A DNA stretch of 64,000 nucleotides from Escherichia phage vB_EcoP_G7C. Below, piece by piece: positions 1 through 8,201 of the stretch (position 1 is the first letter of the stretch; each line of letters opens with the position of its first letter). Position numbers and translations under genes: made by a program. Where the stretch lies: sequence record NC_015933.1; one strand, given 5' to 3'. Under the pieces are notes generated by a model. That model ran no database searches and was not told the DNA's origin. It was given only the letters and a program-made list of their open reading frames with translations.

Positions 1-88
1 TGACAGGGGCTACACCCTTACACGTTAACTACCCCCCCGGTATGTTGACTCATGGGTGTACTACCCTACCCCACCTTACACCTTACAC

Positions 89-101
89 GTTGCTCCGCAA
101 C
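89..101 (+). promoter_or_regulatory. Candidate virion-RNAP early promoter hairpin (gttGCTCCGCaac; 5-bp stem, 3-nt loop; template strand GCGGAGC)
   Basis: Perfect 5-bp inverted repeat around TCC loop; identical GCTCCGC core recurs at 503, 1228 and 5221, each upstream of an early + strand gene; downstream TTATGGA shared with the 1228 copy. Confidence 0.6.
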
Positions 102-144
102 TTATGGACATGTCGTCCTATCATCAACTATTGGAGCTATCATC

Positions 145-468
145 ATGACTACTACCGCTACTGTACGTATGACCGCAGGAACTCTGCTGGGTACTGTTAA
201 CTCTGCTGCTACTACTGTTGCAGATTCATTCGGTGCTGCTACTAAAGCAGTTGGTATGCTTAATTCTTACGTAGCTACTATGGCAAAGAAACAAGCCATT
301 CGTACTAAATTAGAAATGCATACTTTCGAAAACAAATTAGCTGAAGAAACAGCTATGAACGAGACTATGCGTAAGAAAAGTATCGAAGAATTCTGCAAAG
401 ACCCAGAAAACGCTCGTATCTACAACGCAGAATATTCAAGAATAATTGACATCCTGTCCCAGGACTAA
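145..468 (+). CDS. Hypothetical early protein (107 aa; track ORF 52..468 trimmed to the internal ATG downstream of the promoter hairpin)
   Basis: In-frame ATG at 145 preceded by GGAG with 8-nt spacer; the longer track ORF would begin upstream of the promoter hairpin. Confidence 0.5.
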   Translation: MTTTATVRMTAGTLLGTVNSAATTVADSFGAATKAVGMLNSYVATMAKKQAIRTKLEMHTFENKLAEETAMNETMRKKSIEEFCKDPENARIYNAEYSRIIDILSQD

Positions 469-472
469 CCAA

Positions 473-494
473 AAATCCCCAGAAATGGGGATTT
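473..494 (+). terminator. Strong hairpin (AAATCCCCA-GAAA-TGGGGATTT) just after the first early gene; possible terminator or RNA-processing site
   Basis: 9-bp perfect stem with GAAA loop, but no clean T-run follows. Confidence 0.3.
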
Positions 495-502
495 AAAACC
501 TA

Positions 503-515
503 AACGCTCCGCGTT
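503..515 (+). promoter_or_regulatory. Candidate virion-RNAP early promoter hairpin (aacGCTCCGCgtt)
   Basis: Same GCTCCGC core with compensatory flanking stem bases; 5-bp stem, 3-nt loop. Confidence 0.5.
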
Positions 516-641
516 GTTTCGAAGACAACTCCGGTGAACTACTGCAAGGCTAAACCCATAGGAGGCTCTTCGAGCCCCTTTTAAGGGCATTAGATAGATA
601 GATAGTCAGTTCTGTATAAAAAGATAAAAGAGATACCTACT

Positions 642-788
642 ATGAGCAAACTAAAAAACGCATTCATGCTGATTGTCAGTGTCCTTGCACTTGTTGCTAT
701 GGTTTCCGTATACATTGGAAAACCTCTGGTAAACACTGACTATGGTAATGGTCAGAAAGTAAAATCCATCCTGCTAATGGATAAGTAA
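642..788 (+). CDS. Small hydrophobic protein (48 aa, MSKLKNAFMLIVSVLALVAMVSVYIGK...), below ORF-track size cutoff
   Basis: ATG with AAGAG-like RBS upstream; single predicted transmembrane helix; same orientation as neighbours. Confidence 0.3.
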   Translation: MSKLKNAFMLIVSVLALVAMVSVYIGKPLVNTDYGNGQKVKSILLMDK

Positions 789-842
789 AAACTGGGCTGT
801 TCCACAGCTTACGGATACATTTCAACCAATTAGGAGACATCC

Positions 843-1058
843 ATGCACGCAGAAAATATCCGTATAATTGAGAATTGCTTCAGCGATAAACCAGTAGACC
901 TCAGCAATGCAAGAAGGTCTACAGATAAAGAATACAGAGAGTTTCTCTCCTTACTCGATGAATACCGTATGCAAGGGCATGTTGAGTTACATGCCTATCT
1001 GCATAACTCAGGCTACTTCATGGATAAACTGGAAGCTGAAACAGGCTGTCCATTCTAA
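843..1058 (+). CDS. Hypothetical early protein (71 aa)
   Basis: ORF with AGGAG RBS 7 nt upstream of ATG. Confidence 0.5.
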   Translation: MHAENIRIIENCFSDKPVDLSNARRSTDKEYREFLSLLDEYRMQGHVELHAYLHNSGYFMDKLEAETGCPF

Positions 1059-1227
1059 GTAAACCATTCCCTCTTAGGAGGGAATTAGCCATCTTTAGAT
1101 AGTTCAACTAGAAAGATAGCTATTCGCAGAAGATGCGAAGCAGCATCTACTTTAAGATAAGTAAAATGTCCCTGAATCTAAATCACCGTAAGAAACTCTG
1201 GATATCTTACATACCCTAAAAGACAAC

Positions 1228-1240
1228 GACGCTCCGCGTC
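1228..1240 (+). promoter_or_regulatory. Candidate virion-RNAP early promoter hairpin (gacGCTCCGCgtc)
   Basis: 5-bp stem, TCC loop, followed by TTATGGA as in the copy at 89. Confidence 0.6.
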
Positions 1241-1348
1241 TTATGGATGATGTAAATGCATCCACTAATCATTGAAATTTTATCCTTTTGTTTGGGTGTT
1301 CTCACCGACGAGTTCACCCGTAAATCACATAAATCTGGAGAGTACAAA

Positions 1349-1732
1349 ATGTCTATTCAAAAATTCACTTTCGGTCAATCTAACGCTGCTGCTACTTCTA
1401 CTGCTAAAGCGGATAAACCTAAAGCTCAGTTCTGGCTGAACATTGGTTATGTAGCTAATGAAGGTTCCGATGATGAGAAATTCATCTCGCTGCCTACTGG
1501 TATTCCACTGGATACTCAGGAACCGCTGCCTACTAACAGCAGCAATGCTGACTTCCGTGCTATGCGTTGTGCACAGAACGATTTGTTGGAACAGTTAATT
1601 GAATATGCTCAGAACCTGAAACCAGGTGAAGAAGGTATCATTAACCTGCAAGTTCAACTTCGTCGTGTGAAAGCAGAGGCTGCTGACATCCCAGCAGACG
1701 AGAATAAATATGCTCGTAAACTGACTTTCTAA
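1349..1732 (+). CDS. Hypothetical early protein (127 aa; track ORF 1256..1732 trimmed to RBS-supported ATG)
   Basis: GGAGAG RBS then ATG at 1349; upstream in-frame extension overlaps the promoter hairpin region. Confidence 0.5.
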   Translation: MSIQKFTFGQSNAAATSTAKADKPKAQFWLNIGYVANEGSDDEKFISLPTGIPLDTQEPLPTNSSNADFRAMRCAQNDLLEQLIEYAQNLKPGEEGIINLQVQLRRVKAEAADIPADENKYARKLTF

Positions 1733-1741
1733 TCAACAACT

Positions 1742-1770
1742 GGACTCCCTTCGGGGAGTCCTTTTATTTT
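1742..1770 (+). terminator. Intrinsic terminator (GGACTCCC-TTCG-GGGAGTCC + TTTTATTTT)
   Basis: GC-rich 8-bp stem, TTCG loop, T-run. Confidence 0.65.
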
Positions 1771-1835
1771 AACTATGCGATAAACTAAGTAGAGTGTAAT
1801 CCTACTTTTAGACGAAGAGAGACTAAGAGGTAAGT

Positions 1836-2330
1836 ATGAAGAAACCATATGGCTATTGGCAACAATCTGCTCACAATTTAGCCAAGATTCATGACCAATC
1901 TGATGCTCAGAGTAATGGGTACATATATGTAAAACATGATGGTAAAACCGTACTTTTACATGTGTGGATTTGGGAGCAAATCAACGGTGCTATACCGGAA
2001 GGGTATGAGATAGACCATGAAAATGGTATCCGTTGGGACTGTAGGTTAAGCAACCTACGATGCGTACCAAAGCTAATTAACCTAAGAAACTCAGCAAAAC
2101 AAGCTAACAATACATCTGGTACTACTGGTGTAAGTATCATTACAGATAGGGGCAGAGAATATTGGATTGCTACATGGAGTGAGCCAGTTACAGGCAAGAA
2201 GAGAATGAAGCGCTTCAGTGTACAGAAGAATGGCTATGATACTGCTAAGCAGCTAGCCATCAACTATCGTACAGAAGTTCTAAAAGATTTAATTAAAAAT
2301 CATGACTATACAGAACGTCACGGTATGTGA
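1836..2330 (+). CDS. HNH homing endonuclease with AP2-type DNA-binding domain (paralog 1 of 4)
   Basis: EIDHENGIRWDCRLSNLRCV HNH-like core; NTSGTTGVS...YWIATW AP2-like segment; close paralog of 33592..34089. Confidence 0.7.
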   Translation: MKKPYGYWQQSAHNLAKIHDQSDAQSNGYIYVKHDGKTVLLHVWIWEQINGAIPEGYEIDHENGIRWDCRLSNLRCVPKLINLRNSAKQANNTSGTTGVSIITDRGREYWIATWSEPVTGKKRMKRFSVQKNGYDTAKQLAINYRTEVLKDLIKNHDYTERHGM

Positions 2331-2407
2331 ATAGGGCTTTTCGACGAAGAGTCACTAAAACTTAAACGTAAACAGAAGCAGATAACTTAGAGTAAGGAGT
2401 AATCAAG

Positions 2408-2593
2408 ATGCGTGTACTATGTAACCGTTATAATCCAGCAAAGTTAATCGACTTTATGGAACCCATTGGTAGTCGTATGACTTATGCTGCTCGTTGGCAG
2501 GTATCCATAGCTGATAGTAGAGAACGTACTTATGACTACTTCTTTGTAGCTAAGCCTACTCGTAAACAAATCCGTAAACTTCACAAAGGATAA
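2408..2593 (+). CDS. Hypothetical protein (61 aa)
   Basis: ORF with GGAG RBS. Confidence 0.4.
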   Translation: MRVLCNRYNPAKLIDFMEPIGSRMTYAARWQVSIADSRERTYDYFFVAKPTRKQIRKLHKG

Positions 2594-2597
2594 TGCT

Positions 2598-2750
2598 ATG
2601 AAGCTACTGGCAGAGATTCTATGTATTTTATTAATGATACTGCTGGTAGCTGCATTTCCGTGGCTATTAGCCGTAGGTATAGTTATTGGTATGTTCCTAG
2701 CCAGAGCGAGTGATGCTCGTGGTAGGGATGAGCCAGGTGGAGATGTGTAA
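2598..2750 (+). CDS. Small membrane protein (50 aa, MKLLAEILCILLMILLVAAFPWLLAVGIVIGMF...), below track cutoff
   Basis: Hydrophobic ORF with AAGGA upstream. Confidence 0.3.
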   Translation: MKLLAEILCILLMILLVAAFPWLLAVGIVIGMFLARASDARGRDEPGGDV

Positions 2751-2782
2751 ACACTGCCGGAAGGGTATGTACGGAGGAACCA

Positions 2783-2956
2783 GTGATATTCACTAACATT
2801 GAAGATGCCATTGAAGAATGTATCTTCCGTAGATATCACACTGGAGTACAGAAACGACACTATGGTGTTGTGCAACTCAATGGCTATCAAATGGCTGTAA
2901 GAATTGTACGTAACAATAAACCTTTTAACTTTATGTGGAGTACTAAACATGCGTAA
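2783..2956 (+). CDS. Small hypothetical protein (57 aa, GTG start)
   Basis: GGAGG RBS 5 nt upstream of GTG; + strand like all neighbours. Confidence 0.3.
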   Translation: MIFTNIEDAIEECIFRRYHTGVQKRHYGVVQLNGYQMAVRIVRNNKPFNFMWSTKHA

Positions 2957-3077
2957 GTCATTAATCATGGGAACCAAAGCTGACGTACAGAAGATGAAAG
3001 AACGTCTGGCTGCTAAGAAACAGGCATCTGAACCAGTACGTAAGATTGTTACCTTCAATCATCCGTGCATCAAATAG
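2949..3077 (+). CDS. Small basic protein (42 aa, MRKSLIMGTKADVQKMKERLAAKK...)
   Basis: GGAG RBS; start overlaps the previous stop; followed by terminator. Confidence 0.3.
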   Translation: MRKSLIMGTKADVQKMKERLAAKKQASEPVRKIVTFNHPCIK

Positions 3078-3085
3078 TAAGGAGT

Positions 3086-3116
3086 CCTCCAATAGGAGGC
3101 TCCTATTTTTTATTTT
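3086..3116 (+). terminator. Intrinsic terminator (CCTCC-AATA-GGAGG + T-rich tract)
   Basis: Stem-loop followed by TATTTTTTATTTTT. Confidence 0.5.
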
Positions 3117-3154
3117 TGAATAGTTAGACATGTATTTAAATAGGAGAAAGAACC

Positions 3155-3463
3155 TTGAATGAAATAGTATGCATACTTCCACACTTAGCTAAAGTAGCTG
3201 ATAGGAATATACGGATACATTTACCCTTCCCATTAAGTAATCCATTTACTCGTAATGAAAGAACCACAGTAGAGGATATAGAGGTAGCTTATGAGGCTTA
3301 CCTTCGCAATCGTCTTATTAGTGGTGACAAATTAATTACAGCAGAGATGGAAAGGATTGCTGGTTTTGTCACAGATAGTACAAAGAAACCTGTTGGTTTA
3401 ATTGGTACTGAATCTGATGTTAACGTTATTCGTAAAATATTAATGGAGGCTCTAAGCCAATGA
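3155..3463 (+). CDS. Hypothetical protein (102 aa, TTG start per track)
   Basis: GGAG 8 nt upstream of TTG. Confidence 0.4.
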   Translation: MNEIVCILPHLAKVADRNIRIHLPFPLSNPFTRNERTTVEDIEVAYEAYLRNRLISGDKLITAEMERIAGFVTDSTKKPVGLIGTESDVNVIRKILMEALSQ

Positions 3464-3681
3464 TGTACATGAGCAATTATGGTATTTGCCCAGTCTGTAA
3501 GAAAGGACGTGGAGTTGCTAATCATAAGAAGTGTAGTCGTATATTGCAGAAACAACGGAACCAGGAAGAATGGTCTAAGGTGCTGGAAAATCAGCACAAA
3601 GAAGAGAATCAACAGATGGCTGTTAAGGCATCTACTCAACGTATTCGCCGTATTAACTATATACAAGGATACCAAAAGTGA
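3460..3681 (+). CDS. Hypothetical basic protein with CxxC motif (73 aa)
   Basis: ATGA start/stop overlap with upstream gene; CPVCKK motif. Confidence 0.45.
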   Translation: MMYMSNYGICPVCKKGRGVANHKKCSRILQKQRNQEEWSKVLENQHKEENQQMAVKASTQRIRRINYIQGYQK

Positions 3682-3935
3682 TTATTACATTCCCTGTAAC
3701 TAAATCATTTAACTATATGGGACAAACTATTGAAGTCCCATTATGGGTTAAATATGTAGCCTTATTACCTCGTCCTCAGAAGAGTAAGAATGCCTCACTA
3801 ATTGGATTTAGTAGAAAGCCTAAGCTAACTGAAAACTGTATTTGGAAGTCCAGCGGCAGACAAGAAGAAATTGGTTTTTGTGACTATGTACCTCAACCGA
3901 ATACAGTATATCTAACCCTGGAGAAAGTAGAGTGA
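3678..3935 (+). CDS. Hypothetical protein (85 aa)
   Basis: Start overlaps upstream stop in a tightly packed gene run. Confidence 0.4.
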   Translation: MIITFPVTKSFNYMGQTIEVPLWVKYVALLPRPQKSKNASLIGFSRKPKLTENCIWKSSGRQEEIGFCDYVPQPNTVYLTLEKVE

Positions 3936-4246
3936 ATAATATTGTAGTAGTACATGATAATACATTTACTGACGTCGATAAGATGATGCGTAATATTGAT
4001 TATGTATCTCAGACTAGTAAAGCATTTAATGAAAAGTTCATTATTTACTGTGAACCAGAATCACCGCTGGTTCCCGTATTAAAGGAAGCTGGTCTACCCT
4101 TCTCTACAGAGAACTTCCCAGAGGAACCAGAGTATATGATCACATTCATATATGACTTACACGATGGCTCTCCTGCTAGTGAACTGGCTATGAACCAGTG
4201 GAGTAGTAAACGTCCTGTATATGCTTTCCAGGTACTTAAACCATGA
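3932..4246 (+). CDS. Hypothetical protein (104 aa)
   Basis: Start overlaps upstream stop. Confidence 0.45.
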   Translation: MNNIVVVHDNTFTDVDKMMRNIDYVSQTSKAFNEKFIIYCEPESPLVPVLKEAGLPFSTENFPEEPEYMITFIYDLHDGSPASELAMNQWSSKRPVYAFQVLKP

Positions 4247-4485
4247 TCTATGAAGAATATTATGTATTCAAAAAAGGAAATGATTTTATAGCTATGCCCA
4301 ATGATTACATGGATTGGCATACAACTCCTGTATTAAAAGAAGCATTTTCCGTACCTAACCTGGAAGAGGTTAATAAAGTAATGAACGGAGTAATGCTAAC
4401 AAGAGGTATGGCTTACAAAATAGACGCATTAGAAGGAGCTTCTGTATGCAAAGTAACTACATCCATTGAGGTACTTAAACCATGA
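4243..4485 (+). CDS. Hypothetical protein (80 aa)
   Basis: Start overlaps upstream stop. Confidence 0.45.
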   Translation: MIYEEYYVFKKGNDFIAMPNDYMDWHTTPVLKEAFSVPNLEEVNKVMNGVMLTRGMAYKIDALEGASVCKVTTSIEVLKP

Positions 4486-4862
4486 AAGCTATCTCATTAG
4501 GTGATAACACCAATACTCTAATGGGTGAAACTGCTCGCTCAATTACTATTGTTAATAAACATCATGGTAAATCCGGTGAGTATATTGGGCGTGGCTCACC
4601 GTTAGGCAATCCATTCATCATTGGTAAACATGGAACCAGAGAGCAAGTAATTGCTAAGTATAGAGTCTGGCTGCAAGAACAGATTGATAAAGGTAATCCA
4701 GCTGTACTGGATGAACTCAATCGTCTTGGTAATAAAGCCATTGACGAGAAAGGGCTGGCCTTACAGTGCTTCTGCTATCCCAAACCATGTCATGGTGAGG
4801 TTATTAAAGAGAAGCTCGTTCGGGCTATGTATAACTATTTTGTAGAAAATCCAAAAGGGTAA
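4482..4862 (+). CDS. DUF4326-like protein (126 aa)
   Basis: GRGSPLGNPF...CFCYPKPCHGEV motifs resemble the DUF4326 family; not search-verified. Confidence 0.5.
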   Translation: MKAISLGDNTNTLMGETARSITIVNKHHGKSGEYIGRGSPLGNPFIIGKHGTREQVIAKYRVWLQEQIDKGNPAVLDELNRLGNKAIDEKGLALQCFCYPKPCHGEVIKEKLVRAMYNYFVENPKG

Positions 4863-4865
4863 CTA

Positions 4866-5216
4866 ATGAAAGAAATCTTAGTATTCACTACCAATGTACT
4901 TGGGCAGCATACCAATGCTGCTGCCAAGTTAGCTTATAAGAAGCACGGTGCACGTTGGGGTATGGCCTACGGTCATTATGGTAATAGCTTTGCCATTCCA
5001 GTAAGGGATGGCAATGGTAACCGAATTAAAGAGGGTGCTATCTATGGCTTCGTTGAAGGCTTTATTTCCTATGCATCTACTAATCCACAGTGGGATTTCA
5101 AAGTAATGGGAGATGACTTTCTGGACCCATACCTGTTCAATAATGTTACTGGCAATGTACTGTTACCAGAAGCATGGCGTAAATACTTAGGTGATGCTTA
5201 CAACTACTGGTCATAA
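4866..5216 (+). CDS. Hypothetical protein (116 aa)
   Basis: ORF in co-oriented early gene run. Confidence 0.45.
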   Translation: MKEILVFTTNVLGQHTNAAAKLAYKKHGARWGMAYGHYGNSFAIPVRDGNGNRIKEGAIYGFVEGFISYASTNPQWDFKVMGDDFLDPYLFNNVTGNVLLPEAWRKYLGDAYNYWS

Positions 5217-5220
5217 GAAG

Positions 5221-5233
5221 GGTGCTCCGCACC
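5221..5233 (+). promoter_or_regulatory. Candidate virion-RNAP promoter hairpin (ggtGCTCCGCacc) upstream of RNAP II genes
   Basis: Same GCTCCGC core, 5-bp stem, 3-nt loop, about 30 nt upstream of the RNAP II start. Confidence 0.55.
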
Positions 5234-5264
5234 TTGTGGTAATTAACTAATTGGAGAATATGCG

Positions 5265-6083
5265 ATGTACTCATCTATCGAACATCAGAAGCAACTCGAA
5301 GTACTATTCAATAAAAATCAGCTCCTGCCAAGGATGCGAAAAGAGTTCGAGGACTCCAAAGAAATTGACTTTAAGGCATTCGCTGCCTATTTGGAAATTG
5401 ATTATAAACTGCTCATTGATGCAATGGTGCAGATTGCCCTACATAAACGTGCTGACATCCAGACTATGATTGGCTCTCTCATGAGTCACTCAGATGATGC
5501 TCAGTACATCGCTGACTGTCTGTATAAGATGGCAGAGAATGACTGCTTCAACTATGACCCTACCATCGACAAGTTCGGTGTTATCTATGAGATTAGTGAA
5601 GATGTTCAGATGGAACTGGAAGCATTCCAGTATCCATTACCTATCGTAAGTGCTCCTAATCCTGTCAGAACTAACAGGGATACTGGTTACTACCAGACTA
5701 AGGGAAGCATTATCCTCAAGAAGAACCATCATGAGATGGATGTCTGCCTTGACCATATCAACCGTATGAACAATCAACGTCTCTGTATTAACTGGGATGT
5801 TGCTAACTATGTAAAAGACTCTCGTCCTAATATGGATAAACCCAAAGAGGGTGAAACCCGTCAGGACTATGAGAAACGTGTTAAAGCCTTTGAGAAGTAC
5901 AGTCGTACCGCTAAGGAAGTAATGGAGTTAGTGACTCAGGAAGGTAATAACTTCTCACTAGCGCATAAGTACGATAAGAGAGGGAGAACCTATGCCTGTG
6001 GATACCATATTAACTATGCTGGGACGTCCTACAACAAGGCAGTGGTTGAATTTGCAGACAAAGAACTAGTAAACGAGGATTAG
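5265..6083 (+). CDS. Phage RNA polymerase II, N-terminal (small) subunit of a split T7-like RNAP
   Basis: 272 aa ORF preceding the ORF that carries the T7-RNAP catalytic motifs; size and order match the two-subunit RNAP II of N4-type phages; GGAG 8 nt upstream. Confidence 0.6.
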   Translation: MYSSIEHQKQLEVLFNKNQLLPRMRKEFEDSKEIDFKAFAAYLEIDYKLLIDAMVQIALHKRADIQTMIGSLMSHSDDAQYIADCLYKMAENDCFNYDPTIDKFGVIYEISEDVQMELEAFQYPLPIVSAPNPVRTNRDTGYYQTKGSIILKKNHHEMDVCLDHINRMNNQRLCINWDVANYVKDSRPNMDKPKEGETRQDYEKRVKAFEKYSRTAKEVMELVTQEGNNFSLAHKYDKRGRTYACGYHINYAGTSYNKAVVEFADKELVNED

Positions 6084-6084
6084 T

Positions 6085-6666
6085 ATGAAGACATGTTCAG
6101 TATGTAAGAAGAACTTGCCTCTGGACATGTTCAATAAACAGTCCACAGGTAAGCAAGGTGTAAGGGCAGACTGTAAAGACTGCCTTAAACGATTTATCCG
6201 TTCAAAACACGGAGTCATTAATCAGATGTACTCCGGTTGTATCAGTAGAACTAAGAAGAAGGGGTTTACTCCTGTATCTTTCACAAAGGAGGAACTAGAG
6301 AAATGGGTGTATTCAAGTAAAGAATTTCACGAATTATATGATGAATGGGTATCGAAAGATTACCCAACTAACCTAAAGCCGAGCTTAGATCGGTTGGATG
6401 ATTATAAAGGTTATTCACTGGACAACATTCGTATTGTTACAGCGAATACCAACGTAAAAAGGTACTACTCTGATGCAATCAATGGTATCAACACCAAATC
6501 AGCTAAGCCTGTTGAGCAGTATTCACTAGATGGTAAATACATTAAGACGTTCCATTCACTTAGTGCTGCTGCACGAAGTGTTAAGGGTATACCCTCTAAT
6601 ATTAATCAAGTAATTAACGGTACATATGCGCAAGCATATGGCTATAAGTGGAAACTAGGAGCCTAA
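6085..6666 (+). CDS. Homing-endonuclease-like protein (N-terminal Cys-rich zinc-finger-like region, degenerate HNH-like core, C-terminal NUMOD-like DNA-binding motif)
   Basis: CSVCKK...CKDC; LDRLDDYKGYSLDNIRIV aligns with the DHxDxNxxNNxxSNLRxV core of the AP2-HNH paralogs but lacks the His; C-terminal GIPSNINQVINGTYAQAYGYKWK. Confidence 0.5.
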   Translation: MKTCSVCKKNLPLDMFNKQSTGKQGVRADCKDCLKRFIRSKHGVINQMYSGCISRTKKKGFTPVSFTKEELEKWVYSSKEFHELYDEWVSKDYPTNLKPSLDRLDDYKGYSLDNIRIVTANTNVKRYYSDAINGINTKSAKPVEQYSLDGKYIKTFHSLSAAARSVKGIPSNINQVINGTYAQAYGYKWKLGA

Positions 6667-6667
6667 G

Positions 6668-7885
6668 ATGCAGATTTTCACAGCTAAAGAATATTTAAAA
6701 ATTGATATTGCCAATTCTTACGGGCTGGATAAGAAGACATGGGATGAGCGTATTAGCTGGTTCGATGAGAATGAAGCTAACCTGCTTAATCTGGTAGATG
6801 AAGCTGAAGAATCCGCACTGTTCTATGCTGGCGTAAACGCATGGAAAGACATGAAAGCCGGTAAACCTATCGGTTATGCCGTAGCTCTGGATGCTACATC
6901 ATCTGGTTTGCAGTTACTGGCTTGCCTGACTGGTGACCGTTCTGCTGCTGAACTATGTAACGTAGTTAACTACATGGGTGAGAACGGTAAGCCATTACGT
7001 CGTGATGCTTATACAGTTATCTATCACAAGATGCTGGACATCCTTGGTGAATCATCCCGTATTAAACGTAGTGATACTAAGCAGGCAGTTATGACTGCGT
7101 TCTATGGTTCAGAAGCTAAGCCTAAAGAAGTATTCGGTGAAGGTATTCGTCTCAAGACTTTTGAGAATGTAATGGAAACAGTTGCTAGTGGACCTTGGGC
7201 ACTGAACAAGTTCTTACTGCAATGTGGTAACCCGGATGCTAACCGTTACGTATGGGTACTGCCTGACAACTTCCATGCTGTCATTAAGGTCATGGTTCCA
7301 GAAGTACAGACCGTTAACTTCTTAGGTAAGCCATTCGACATCACCCGTATGGTACAGGGTACTGAAGATAAGACTCGTATGCTCTCTGCTAACATCACTC
7401 ACTCTATTGATGGGATGGTGGTACGTGAAATGCTGCGTCGTTGTAACTTCAACATGAACCAGGTGAACTATGTTAAGTCCCTCTGTGAAGGAACCAGTGA
7501 GTATATGCTGGGTACTAGCGGGAACTACGACATGGTTAGTCAACTGTGGCATAACTATGAGAAATCAGGATTCCTGTCTACCCGTATCTTTGATTATCTG
7601 GATTCTGACTCAATTAAACTGGTTGATACAGATGTAATCATGGCTATGATTAATACTATGCCTAAGAAACCATTCCCTGTAATGACTGTACATGACTGCT
7701 TCCGTTGTCATCCTAACTACGGTAATGATCTGCGTCGTCAGTACAATCAGATTCTGTCTGACATTGCTAAGAGTGATCTACTGGGCTTCATCCTGTCTCA
7801 GGTACTGGGACAAGAGTTCTCTGCTGGTAAGCTGGATGACAGCCTCTGGCAGGACATCCTTGAAACAGACTATGCGTTAAGTTAA
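6668..7885 (+). CDS. Phage RNA polymerase II, catalytic (large) subunit, T7-like single-subunit RNAP palm/fingers
   Basis: ALDATSSGLQ (motif A), RSDTKQAVMTAFYGSEAKP (motif B), VHDCFRC (motif C) align with T7 RNAP DGSCSGIQ / RSVTKRSVMTLAYGSKEFG / HDSFGT. Confidence 0.8.
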   Translation: MQIFTAKEYLKIDIANSYGLDKKTWDERISWFDENEANLLNLVDEAEESALFYAGVNAWKDMKAGKPIGYAVALDATSSGLQLLACLTGDRSAAELCNVVNYMGENGKPLRRDAYTVIYHKMLDILGESSRIKRSDTKQAVMTAFYGSEAKPKEVFGEGIRLKTFENVMETVASGPWALNKFLLQCGNPDANRYVWVLPDNFHAVIKVMVPEVQTVNFLGKPFDITRMVQGTEDKTRMLSANITHSIDGMVVREMLRRCNFNMNQVNYVKSLCEGTSEYMLGTSGNYDMVSQLWHNYEKSGFLSTRIFDYLDSDSIKLVDTDVIMAMINTMPKKPFPVMTVHDCFRCHPNYGNDLRRQYNQILSDIAKSDLLGFILSQVLGQEFSAGKLDDSLWQDILETDYALS

Positions 7886-7892
7886 TAAACTG

Positions 7893-7927
7893 GCCTCATA
7901 CCTTCGGGTATGGGGCTTTTATTTTTT
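7893..7927 (+). terminator. Intrinsic terminator after RNAP II genes
   Basis: CCTCATACC-TTCG-GGTATGGGG stem-loop then TTTTATTTTTT. Confidence 0.65.
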
Positions 7928-7944
7928 GCTTGGAGGTAGTCAAC

Positions 7945-8127
7945 ATGACAGACATCTATGATGTTATTACTAAAACTGTACTGATAGTTTTATCTGCTAT
8001 TGTGGTATTCACTATAGCCAATGTTCATAAATCCAAGTTTTCCTATTGCTACTATGGAGCATACTCTGCCGGTTGTTTTGTATTAGCCGGTTGGATAGCT
8101 TACTGGATTTACCGCATCAACAACTAG
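7945..8127 (+). CDS. Small membrane protein (60 aa from RBS-supported ATG; track ORF 7930..8127)
   Basis: GGAGG 8 nt upstream of ATG; two hydrophobic segments. Confidence 0.45.
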   Translation: MTDIYDVITKTVLIVLSAIVVFTIANVHKSKFSYCYYGAYSAGCFVLAGWIAYWIYRINN

Positions 8128-8156
8128 CCACCCTCATGGGTGGCTTTCTTTTTTAT
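8127..8156 (+). terminator. Intrinsic terminator
   Basis: AGCCACCC-TCAT-GGGTGGCT then TTCTTTTTTAT. Confidence 0.6.
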
Positions 8157-8201
8157 CAGCCTTCATAATAATTAGGCATATTTACTCAAGAGGATACATG
8201 T

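Noticed and set aside
1108-1131. GCGAAGC-containing hairpin (AGATGC-GAAGCA-GCATCT) as an additional vRNAP promoter
   Set aside because: Contains the stable GCGAAGC mini-hairpin motif but lacks the GCTCCGC core shared by the four promoter-like hairpins and occurs only once; more likely a terminator or processing hairpin.
2444-3058. 204-aa minus-strand ORF in the early region
   Set aside because: Low-complexity Ser/Thr/Ile-rich translation, antisense to a uniformly + oriented gene block, and overlapping RBS-supported + strand small ORFs and a + strand terminator.
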